This document shows, piece after piece, positions 7,206 to 14,733 of a stretch of DNA of 20,000 bases. Each line of letters starts with the position of its first letter. Position 1 is the first letter of the stretch. The stretch lies in the IMG/VR virus record IMGVR_UViG_3300043105_000228; one strand, written 5' to 3'. This DNA is from an uncultured virus (IMG/VR IMGVR_UViG_3300043105_000228) (lineage: Duplodnaviria > Heunggongvirae > Uroviricota > Caudoviricetes). The notes below the pieces were generated by a model. The model worked only from the letters and a program-made list of their open reading frames with translations. It did not search any database and was not told the DNA's origin. Both the position numbers and the translations under genes were made by a program.

Positions 7206-7903
7206 TGTATTTCGCCTTCTTTCTTTTTAGTTTTGGTTTCCTCAGATAGCATAGGTCTGATGATATCTAAGATATCTTTCGTAATTGCTTTTCTTGTCTG
7301 GTCTCCATTAATCTTATAAATCTTAAATCCGCGAGATTTTAGGTAGTTTGCAGCATAGTCATATCCTTCTCTTGAATATGATAGATGCTTTTCATCTTCA
7401 TAAATGTCCTTGTGTTCTTCTCCCAGAGAGTTTATTCTCTTGCTTATCCTCCTAACAGAAGTATCAATCCAAAAGATTGCATCTGGTTGTAATATTTTAA
7501 TTGTATCAATATTCTTCTCATAGATATAATTAGCAATATCATGAGGATTCTTTGGATTATCACCTAAACGATTATCCGCATATGCAATCGACATAGATGA
7601 CATAAAGTTACGTGACTGGATTATATTTATATTACCCTGAAGCTTTGGTAATGTACATCTCTTCGTCTGCTCATATCTATCAGCTGCAATAAGTAAATTG
7701 CTAAGAGCAATATCACACCATCTTTCACCACTGTAGTAATGCTCACGTAGTAGCTGACCGATTGGTGAATTATGTGTAGGCTCATTCTGCATAGATATGT
7801 TGTAGCCTTCTTTGCGTAGTGCTTCTGTAATTAATTCCTGTTGCGTACTTTTACCACATCCATTTGTACCTTCTAGCACAAAAAACTTGCCATTTTTAAT
7901 CAT
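7199..7903 (-). CDS. tmk: Thymidylate (dTMP) kinase family protein
   Basis: FFVLEGTNGCGKSTQ P-loop, NEPT, AADR, QPDAIFWID and ING motifs in TMK order. Confidence 0.88.
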   Translation of the reverse strand: MIKNGKFFVLEGTNGCGKSTQQELITEALRKEGYNISMQNEPTHNSPIGQLLREHYYSGERWCDIALSNLLIAADRYEQTKRCTLPKLQGNINIIQSRNFMSSMSIAYADNRLGDNPKNPHDIANYIYEKNIDTIKILQPDAIFWIDTSVRRISKRINSLGEEHKDIYEDEKHLSYSREGYDYAANYLKSRGFKIYKINGDQTRKAITKDILDIIRPMLSEETKTKKKEGEIHW

Positions 7904-8541
7904 TCTTCAATTCCACCTTTTTCAAAAATCTTTTCGTTTAGCTTAAGTATCTCATATGTAGTAGAATCTCTCATCATTGATTCATCTACATATCGGTTGT
8001 ACTTTTCTTTTAATTCATCGTTAAGCTTATATTTCTTTAGAAATCTAGGTAAATTACCCCATGCTTGTTGCATATTTAGCCATATTTCTCTTGATGTAAC
8101 TTCCTGATGAACTGTGGTTGAGAGCATTACTACCTGAATATTATTCTTCCAGTGCTCATCTAGTACTTGCTTAGCTATTCTAAAGGTACTTATCTTCCAT
8201 CCTTTCTCTATATAATAATCCGTGATTATCTCGCAGATATCATAAAGAGTAAAGATCGGTCCATGATGCATCTCAATGGTAACCTTTTCATCTGATAGTT
8301 TTGATAGAACTTGGCAGTGATTTAACTTAACTTTTGTCTTTAGATAATTTATATATGCCGAATACCTTTTATTGGTTCTAACTAGTCTTTCGCAGTCCTT
8401 AAGAAATTTAGTCTTAGATTCTGCACTAGAGAAAAACTCTGGGCTCTTATAAAATTCAAGCAAATATTCTGACGAGTCTGAGTCAACTTTGGTATTTCCA
8501 TTATCATTTAAATAAACGATATTTGGTAAAGTCTTTGCCAT
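7900..8541 (-). CDS. HNH-like / His-Me finger candidate protein (213 aa from ATG 8541)
   Basis: HCQV...IEMHHGP...VMLSTTVHQEV pattern; AAGGAGG RBS fits ATG 8541 better than 8565; ATGA overlap with tmk. Confidence 0.6.
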   Translation of the reverse strand: MAKTLPNIVYLNDNGNTKVDSDSSEYLLEFYKSPEFFSSAESKTKFLKDCERLVRTNKRYSAYINYLKTKVKLNHCQVLSKLSDEKVTIEMHHGPIFTLYDICEIITDYYIEKGWKISTFRIAKQVLDEHWKNNIQVVMLSTTVHQEVTSREIWLNMQQAWGNLPRFLKKYKLNDELKEKYNRYVDESMMRDSTTYEILKLNEKIFEKGGIEE

Positions 8542-8604
8542 GTCTTTTCCTCCTTTATCTTTCATACTTAAAATCTTAGTTTTCGCTATAGTTTACACAG
8601 CAAA

Positions 8605-8617
8605 GACATTCAATTAA
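8605..8617 (+). promoter_or_regulatory. Putative phage late promoter GACA-ttcaat-TAA
   Basis: ACA-N6-TA motif about 40 nt before the start of the structural operon. Confidence 0.55.
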
Positions 8618-8657
8618 GGATTTTTCCTCAATTTAACAGGAAAGGAGAACGGTTATC

Positions 8658-11345
8658 ATGGCGAAAGATTCAACTAGGTTAATAGACCCAGTTGCTCGAC
8701 TTTATACAGATATAATTACGATTTTAAATTCATTGGAAATCAAATATCCAAATAAAGCAGAAGAAGCTGAGGATATTACATCTAAAGCCGCTGGTACTAG
8801 ATATATGCTTGCATATTATATGAAGGATACATTTTATCTTTATGATGATTATTCACGTGAAGATTATATTAATCTTGGTATTGAAGATGAAGATGAGATA
8901 GCAATGTATTTAAAGGACAGAACACTTGTACCACAGGTTAAACGAGATGCTCTACTTGCAATAAGAAGAGCTCGTGAACTAGATGAATATGTAGAGCTAA
9001 ATAATTATTATCGAATGCTGTATGGTCTTCCTGACTTAGATGATACTGAGTTCTATTATGTAACTGAAGAATTATCTAAGCAATTAAATATTCCTACTGA
9101 TATGCCTGTCCATGAAATACAGGACCAACTTGGTAGCTACTATATAAGTCAGCTCCAATATGTAGGATACATAGATGAACTCTATGAAAAACACCAGAAA
9201 GACTATCTAAAGCATTTAGGTACAAATCGAATACCAATAGAAACTTCTCGAAATGGAAGTAGCTTCTCAATACTTTCAGTAAATCAAAGTGATGTGCTAG
9301 AAAGTACATATCGAGAGTTTGTAAGATGCTACGAATCTGCACGAAATTACTTTATGTCAGTAATTTATGTCTATGAATATAGAGACCTCATTCCTTATTA
9401 TGATAATTTCATTGCACTTTGCATATTTGTAATGGCAATACAACAGGTGTCAATGAGAGGCATAAGGAATGCTACTGATAGAGAGTTTTATGATGAGTAC
9501 ATGGTAAGATTACTTCATGAAACTTATGGTGTGCCTTTCTACAATAGTGCGGATACAGCCACAAAGAAACTTATAGTTCAGAATATGAACTTGCTCGTCC
9601 AGAATAAAGCAACCAATAAGGTATTCTTAGATATTGCTTCTATTCTTGGATTTAACGAGATTACAATTTACCAGTATTATCTGGTAAAAGAACAGCAGTT
9701 TGGAAGTGATGGTCGACCTGTAATCAAAAAGAAAAATAAGGTTGATAGCTTAACAGGAAAAACTACTGAGGTGTATGATACTGAGAACATGTTCGATGTA
9801 CATTTCCAGAAAGTAGATATTACTGAAAGCAATATAAAAGATTCACTAACCAATAGCCTTAATCGAGTAGACTATTATGATGTCATATATTATGACCCTA
9901 TGTGGTGGGAAGATGATGAACTTAATAGTGAGATTTGGGATACTGCTTATAATTACATGGAGACGAAATACTTTGGTGTTACTATTCCATACAGAATGAC
10001 TGAGTTGCTTCTTCAATCAAATATTCTTTTGAGAATGATTATGGAGAAGAATGCTGATTTGATTTCGGTAGGAATTCAATTACCAAAGATTACTACTAAA
10101 GAGGTAAGCTTACCTACAGTTGTAGTTTTATTCTTAGCTCTTATGAGCAAGAAATTAGGAATAAGTGGAACCATTACCACAGTACCAAGTCAGCTTATTC
10201 ACATACTTGAAGTTACAGAACAATGCGTGCATCATGAAGCTGAAGAGATGGAAGTCTTACAGTTTAACTTTGATGCATTCTCTCCTCAAAGAATACAAGA
10301 AACGATTGCTATTCTAAAGGATACTCTTACAGAAAAACATTATCGAGTAGTGAATGGTCATGATGTTGACTTGAATGATGATGGTACCCAGAATACATTT
10401 GCCCCTACTCATAAAATCCAGTGGACAATTACTACTGATGATTTGGACGAGTTAGAGGGATATTTATTACAGCTGACTATTCCAACAGCTGAGAAAAAAG
10501 AAAAGGTTAAAGCATTAAATGCTATATATGATAATATTGAGTCACTATACTACTTCTTATCATATCAGATGTCTATGGCTACAAGCATGGAAGATTATGA
10601 TGCAATAAAGAAGTTTTATGACACTGCTTTCTACTCTCATGAAACAGCAGAAGCTTATAAGATTACTGATGAGGATGGAGTTGAAAGATGTGCTGAAACC
10701 TTTGAAGAATATCTATACTATAAAGACAAAGATTTGTATTCATTTGTGCAGAATGTAGCAGATGAGCAAATTTATGAATACATTGAGCATATCATTTACA
10801 AGCTTGAGGAATACATAAGTAGTGTAAATTACCTCTACGTAATGAATGAGGATACATCTCCTTTAGCTGAATTACTTGATATACTATTAAAATTCTTTAA
10901 GTCTTATATCATTGATTTTGTTAATATGACTTCACTGATGATAATAGACTGGGATATGGAAAATACAACACGATTCTTTGATTATGTCCATACATGTGCT
11001 AAGACTGATAAAATAGATGAGGCAATAGCTGCAAATATTTCAGATGCTATTACTAAGTATATTTCTCATATTGATGCTGAGGACACAGCATTAACACTAT
11101 CAGACTACTATGAAGTACATGGTACAGTGAATCTTGCTGATGAAGCTTATTCTGAGTTATTAGATGAAATATTATGCTTCACAAAATCAGCCAAACTTGA
11201 AGATAGACTGAATATAATGGACGGAACTAACAAAATAAATGAGACAACCCAAGTTGAAGAACATCTTTGCTTTGAAGATTCTATAACTTGGCATGAAGTT
11301 GTCAAAGATGATAACGAAAATGAGGAAGAGGAGGACGACGATTAA
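8658..11345 (+). CDS. Large virion structural protein, probable baseplate wedge-type (895 aa)
   Basis: Long acidic Tyr-rich ORF; NNYYRMLYGLP, QNKATNKVFLDI and FFKSY segments recall jumbo-myophage baseplate proteins (from memory, not searched); AGGAAAGGAG RBS; late-type promoter. Confidence 0.65.
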   Translation: MAKDSTRLIDPVARLYTDIITILNSLEIKYPNKAEEAEDITSKAAGTRYMLAYYMKDTFYLYDDYSREDYINLGIEDEDEIAMYLKDRTLVPQVKRDALLAIRRARELDEYVELNNYYRMLYGLPDLDDTEFYYVTEELSKQLNIPTDMPVHEIQDQLGSYYISQLQYVGYIDELYEKHQKDYLKHLGTNRIPIETSRNGSSFSILSVNQSDVLESTYREFVRCYESARNYFMSVIYVYEYRDLIPYYDNFIALCIFVMAIQQVSMRGIRNATDREFYDEYMVRLLHETYGVPFYNSADTATKKLIVQNMNLLVQNKATNKVFLDIASILGFNEITIYQYYLVKEQQFGSDGRPVIKKKNKVDSLTGKTTEVYDTENMFDVHFQKVDITESNIKDSLTNSLNRVDYYDVIYYDPMWWEDDELNSEIWDTAYNYMETKYFGVTIPYRMTELLLQSNILLRMIMEKNADLISVGIQLPKITTKEVSLPTVVVLFLALMSKKLGISGTITTVPSQLIHILEVTEQCVHHEAEEMEVLQFNFDAFSPQRIQETIAILKDTLTEKHYRVVNGHDVDLNDDGTQNTFAPTHKIQWTITTDDLDELEGYLLQLTIPTAEKKEKVKALNAIYDNIESLYYFLSYQMSMATSMEDYDAIKKFYDTAFYSHETAEAYKITDEDGVERCAETFEEYLYYKDKDLYSFVQNVADEQIYEYIEHIIYKLEEYISSVNYLYVMNEDTSPLAELLDILLKFFKSYIIDFVNMTSLMIIDWDMENTTRFFDYVHTCAKTDKIDEAIAANISDAITKYISHIDAEDTALTLSDYYEVHGTVNLADEAYSELLDEILCFTKSAKLEDRLNIMDGTNKINETTQVEEHLCFEDSITWHEVVKDDNENEEEEDDD

Positions 11346-11346
11346 A

Positions 11347-12345
11347 ATGTCTAATATTAGAGAATTACAAGATAATATGTCTTTTAAAGACTCGCTAAAT
11401 AATGCCCCAAGAAGAAAACCCGGTATCTTCGTAGATACGGAGGTTATTGCAGGTTATGGATATCATAACCCCGGAAGATTTGGGTTATCATACCTCGATG
11501 AGGTTATTATGCCAGCACAGAGAAACACAACACCTATCTCAGGTGTACAGCAGTTATTTGAGATGATGTTCGGTGTTCAGGGACCAATTACAATCAACAC
11601 CATGTATCAAGCACATGGAATAGGATTACCTGATGAGGCAGCTGTTCCATCATTCTTGATTCCAGAAAATCCTGTACTTAATGGACCAGCTACATTGAAA
11701 GAATCAATCTATGCAAATGGTCATTTATGCCAGTTATTTGGACTTGGTATTACAGGTACAGCAGAGAACAACATCACGGTTCACAAGGTAGGATACCGTG
11801 AAACTGATATTGAGATGGTTGTACACACAACAGATGGTGATATGGATGCTATTATGCTTCCATTCAGATATACAGAGTCAGAGCTCGACCCTAATGAAAG
11901 ACAGATGTATTTCGGAAAGAAGGTTGATGCTTCGACTGGTAAGACAGGATATTATTTAAAGAGATTTGAATCATTCCCTGAGATTAAACACATCTGGAGA
12001 TCATCTGATATTGAAGGAACAAAGGCAATTGAGACTGTTGCAACAGATGATACTATTTGGGATCAGTCTCGTGATGATGCTTTGAAGTCACTTGTTGAGA
12101 TTCATTTCACAATTTCATCAGATGATTTGAAAGAGTATTTCAACTATAAGATGGACCAGCCTGAGGCTGCAAGATTTAATACTATTGCATTATTCTCAGG
12201 AAGGTACTCAGAAGTAGGCAAGTCAGATACTGACCAGTTTGGTGATTACACGAACGTAACACTATTCTCAAAGTTAAACATCCCTACAGAGCCAATGAGC
12301 CTTACAAAGGATTTAGAGTACATCTACAGAATTTATGGTTCATGA
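11347..12345 (+). CDS. Probable virion structural/baseplate protein (332 aa from ATG 11347)
   Basis: GAGGAGG RBS before ATG 11347, 1 nt after the upstream stop; YYLKRF...ARFNTIALFSG...LFSKLN...YIYRIY architecture resembles jumbo-phage baseplate proteins (from memory). Confidence 0.65.
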   Translation: MSNIRELQDNMSFKDSLNNAPRRKPGIFVDTEVIAGYGYHNPGRFGLSYLDEVIMPAQRNTTPISGVQQLFEMMFGVQGPITINTMYQAHGIGLPDEAAVPSFLIPENPVLNGPATLKESIYANGHLCQLFGLGITGTAENNITVHKVGYRETDIEMVVHTTDGDMDAIMLPFRYTESELDPNERQMYFGKKVDASTGKTGYYLKRFESFPEIKHIWRSSDIEGTKAIETVATDDTIWDQSRDDALKSLVEIHFTISSDDLKEYFNYKMDQPEAARFNTIALFSGRYSEVGKSDTDQFGDYTNVTLFSKLNIPTEPMSLTKDLEYIYRIYGS

Positions 12346-12378
12346 TTATAAAAAATAAAGAGAGCTTAACAATTGATT

Positions 12379-12519
12379 AGATGGATTGAGCAAATACATC
12401 TAATCCGGGGAAGATGGGTTTCCATGTGACATCTTCCCCACCCCGTAAAATTGAAATTGTTTGTTATACAGAGAAAAAAGCAAGTTTGGTTTTTTGTACC
12501 AAACTTGCTTTTCTTTTTT
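12379..12519 (+). ncRNA. Candidate structured small RNA 2, or structured 3' UTR (about 140 nt)
   Basis: AACA-attgat-TA at 12368-12379; tandem hairpins 12375-12405 and 12407-12439; terminator 12476-12519. Confidence 0.4.
12474..12519. terminator. Bidirectional intrinsic terminator between convergent genes
   Basis: 15-bp inverted repeat AAAAGCAAGTTTGGT/ACCAAACTTGCTTTT with T-tracts on both strands. Confidence 0.85.
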
Positions 12520-12530
12520 GTCGTTGCATA

Positions 12531-12806
12531 TTAGTCCTCAGGCTCCTCTGTTGCAGATTCCTGATTTTCTGATGATGCTTCAAGCTGAGCCTTTAACATC
12601 TTATTCTTCTGATGTTGTCTGTAGATGCCTACACCTGAGACTGCAAATGATGCAACTGTCAATGCTGCACTAACTGCAAATGTTGCATTACTATAGATTT
12701 GCAATGACTGTGTGCTCATGTTGTAAGGTGTAATTAACGTCTGTACATTGCTATTTGCTACTGCCTTTGTTGCTACATCTGTTGTTGATTTCTTTAATAT
12801 ACTCAT
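12531..12806 (-). CDS. Small single-pass membrane protein (91 aa)
   Basis: GAAAGAGGT RBS; hydrophobic FAVSAALTVASFAVSGVGIY followed by basic then acidic tail. Confidence 0.75.
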   Translation of the reverse strand: MSILKKSTTDVATKAVANSNVQTLITPYNMSTQSLQIYSNATFAVSAALTVASFAVSGVGIYRQHQKNKMLKAQLEASSENQESATEEPED

Positions 12807-12915
12807 AATATACCTCTTTCTGCTTATCTTTCTGATAAGCTATAAACTATTTTTATTTTATTCTATATTCAGTTTTCCTTAGTAGATTATTACATTTCAT
12901 CTCTAAGTTACCTAA

Positions 12916-12924
12916 ATAATATAC
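12916..12924 (-). promoter_or_regulatory. Putative phage early promoter GTATATTAT
   Basis: Same motif as 6632 and 14649, upstream of the 91-aa gene. Confidence 0.45.
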
Positions 12925-12954
12925 CATTTTAAAATGCCAATTTGACAATTCCAT

Positions 12955-13077
12955 AACAATATATCAAGTGAAACTCTTTGCTTTTACTTACAATTTCTTT
13001 CTTCAATTTATAAATATATATTTAAAATCCAGCTTTTATGCACTGTCCTCGCATAAAAGCTGGATTTTATTTTGTTT
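12955..13077 (+). ncRNA. Candidate small RNA 3 (about 120 nt), pyrimidine-rich
   Basis: GACA-attcca-TAA at 12944-12956; ORF-less C/T-rich body; 19-bp perfect hairpin 13023-13069 followed by TTTTGTTT. Confidence 0.45.
13023..13077 (+). terminator. Strong intrinsic terminator
   Basis: TAAAATCCAGCTTTTATGC / GCATAAAAGCTGGATTTTA, 19-bp perfect stem, T-tract on the + strand. Confidence 0.75.
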
Positions 13078-13086
13078 GGAACACAC

Positions 13087-13115
13087 AAAAAAGAAGAGTC
13101 TTAAGACTCTTCTTT
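13087..13115 (-). terminator. Terminator overlapping the stop codon of the 152-aa gene
   Basis: 26-bp perfect palindrome AAAGAAGAGTCTTAAGACTCTTCTTT (13090-13115) with further T's on the minus strand. Confidence 0.7.
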
Positions 13116-13559
13116 CATTACCTTTTTCATTGCCTTTTCCATAGATGCTGCTGTAGCAAATATTGAACGAAGTTGATTAGTCGTCATATTTGGATTAGAT
13201 ATCTGCCAATCTTTCATTTGGGATTTTTTCAGCTCACTACCAACCTTTAGTCGATTGCCAAGTAAAATCTGGTTTGCCCCCGCAGGATCATGAAGGGTAT
13301 ATTTAAAGTACGCATATTCTCGTGCAGCTTCTCTAACATCATCAGATACTTCACCAGCTCGTATACTTGCAAGTATTTCCTTGTTATCTCTCTTAGGATT
13401 CCCCATCTTTTTATCTAGGTCACTAATGTATGATATGCACCCCAATTCATCCATTGTTGGACTCGTATCTTCCTTGGTAGCATCATATTCATTTGTAACT
13501 TTTGTTTCTGCAGCATATAATATACCACCCATGTTCATCATATCATCGAATGTATACAT
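13101..13559 (-). CDS. Hypothetical protein (152 aa)
   Basis: ORF with AAGGAGG RBS. Confidence 0.82.
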   Translation of the reverse strand: MYTFDDMMNMGGILYAAETKVTNEYDATKEDTSPTMDELGCISYISDLDKKMGNPKRDNKEILASIRAGEVSDDVREAAREYAYFKYTLHDPAGANQILLGNRLKVGSELKKSQMKDWQISNPNMTTNQLRSIFATAASMEKAMKKVMKEES

Positions 13560-13594
13560 ATTATTTTCCTCCTTGTTTTTAAAAGGGAAGCAGA

Positions 13595-14548
13595 TTACTC
13601 TGCTTCCTCTAATGATTTCCTACATGCTTCAAGTACAGCTTCCTCAGTTTCTGCAACCATATAGAAGCCACTTGGATGTACAAACTTGATGTCCAATCCC
13701 GAAAGTGCCTTAATTTCATCTGAAGATTTTCCACGCCATTCAGCTTTAAATGGACACTTGGTCACAAAGCTCATTGGTTCTTCAGCTACTGCTTGACAGC
13801 ACCATTCGCCATCAACATTCCTCCAGTATACATAGATTGATGTCGATGGTATCAGGACTTCCTGCCAAGGTGCATACTTTGGTAACTTAACTATCGTGCC
13901 ATTGCTCTTATCAAAAGCTTCCTGCACGATTTCGTTAGCACGCATCTTTGCATCAATCTTAGCAATGCTATTAAGAATAATTCTTTTTGCAATTGCAATA
14001 GAATCCTCAAAGTTGTGCATTATATCATAGCACTCATCATCCCATAGAGAATTGAATCCCGAGATCATAGTGCTAAACTGGCAGTTACCTGTACCAGCTC
14101 CATTATCGGCAGCATCAATATCGTTGAATATTATCTTGGCAATGTAGTCAACGTATTTTTCACCAACTAAATCACTACCGATAATTCCCCATAATATACC
14201 GCATGATGCATACGGTGTCCCGTCATCATGATAGCACTTCTGATCATCTGGAAAATGATGATCGAGAAATGTCTGATCGACATCAATGTGTAATACATCT
14301 GGATGTGTTGTGCATCCACGACCTCTATGTATTAACAAAGGAGGATATGCAAATGGCTTAGTGTTATTCATCCATTCACGGTACACATCAAGCAATGCAC
14401 ATGCAAATACTTCATCTGCATGAAATACTGGTCCATCATGTGTTACAACGATTCCCTGTATTAATCCACGACGGACCTTAATCTTTGCACCCTGCATAGT
14501 CATACCAAATTTGTCCTCTAACCACTGCTCCAAATTCATTTTTTCCAT
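13595..14548 (-). CDS. myg1: MYG1 (UPF0160) family DHH-like exonuclease / metal-dependent hydrolase
   Basis: THDGPVFHADEVFACALL, LDHH, YASCGILW, IDAADNG, PWQE and FVHPSGF motifs in MYG1 order. Confidence 0.9.
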   Translation of the reverse strand: MEKMNLEQWLEDKFGMTMQGAKIKVRRGLIQGIVVTHDGPVFHADEVFACALLDVYREWMNNTKPFAYPPLLIHRGRGCTTHPDVLHIDVDQTFLDHHFPDDQKCYHDDGTPYASCGILWGIIGSDLVGEKYVDYIAKIIFNDIDAADNGAGTGNCQFSTMISGFNSLWDDECYDIMHNFEDSIAIAKRIILNSIAKIDAKMRANEIVQEAFDKSNGTIVKLPKYAPWQEVLIPSTSIYVYWRNVDGEWCCQAVAEEPMSFVTKCPFKAEWRGKSSDEIKALSGLDIKFVHPSGFYMVAETEEAVLEACRKSLEEAE

Positions 14549-14648
14549 TTAAATTACCTCGTCTTTCCCGTACTCTTTAGTACGCTTTCTTTTCATTATT
14601 CAATTTTCCCTAGCGGTATTGGTTCTCATATTTCCCTAGGTTATTTAA

Positions 14649-14657
14649 ATAATATAT
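14649..14657 (-). promoter_or_regulatory. Putative phage early promoter ATATATTAT
   Basis: Recurrent motif, about 100 nt upstream of myg1. Confidence 0.5.
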
Positions 14658-14696
14658 CTATAAGATTTTATTTTTTAACTCAATTCTTATCAAGGC

Positions 14697-14709
14697 TACA
14701 TTTGCATAA
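14697..14709 (+). promoter_or_regulatory. Putative phage late promoter TACA-tttgca-TAA
   Basis: ACA-N6-TA motif about 25 nt before ATG 14734. Confidence 0.55.
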
Positions 14710-14733
14710 TCACAATAGAAAGAAGGTGTAACC

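Noticed and set aside
12942..12970. TTGACA as a host sigma-A -35 box
   Set aside because: No TATAAT-like -10 at 16-18 nt spacing (CAAGTG); the ACA-N6-TA reading fits better
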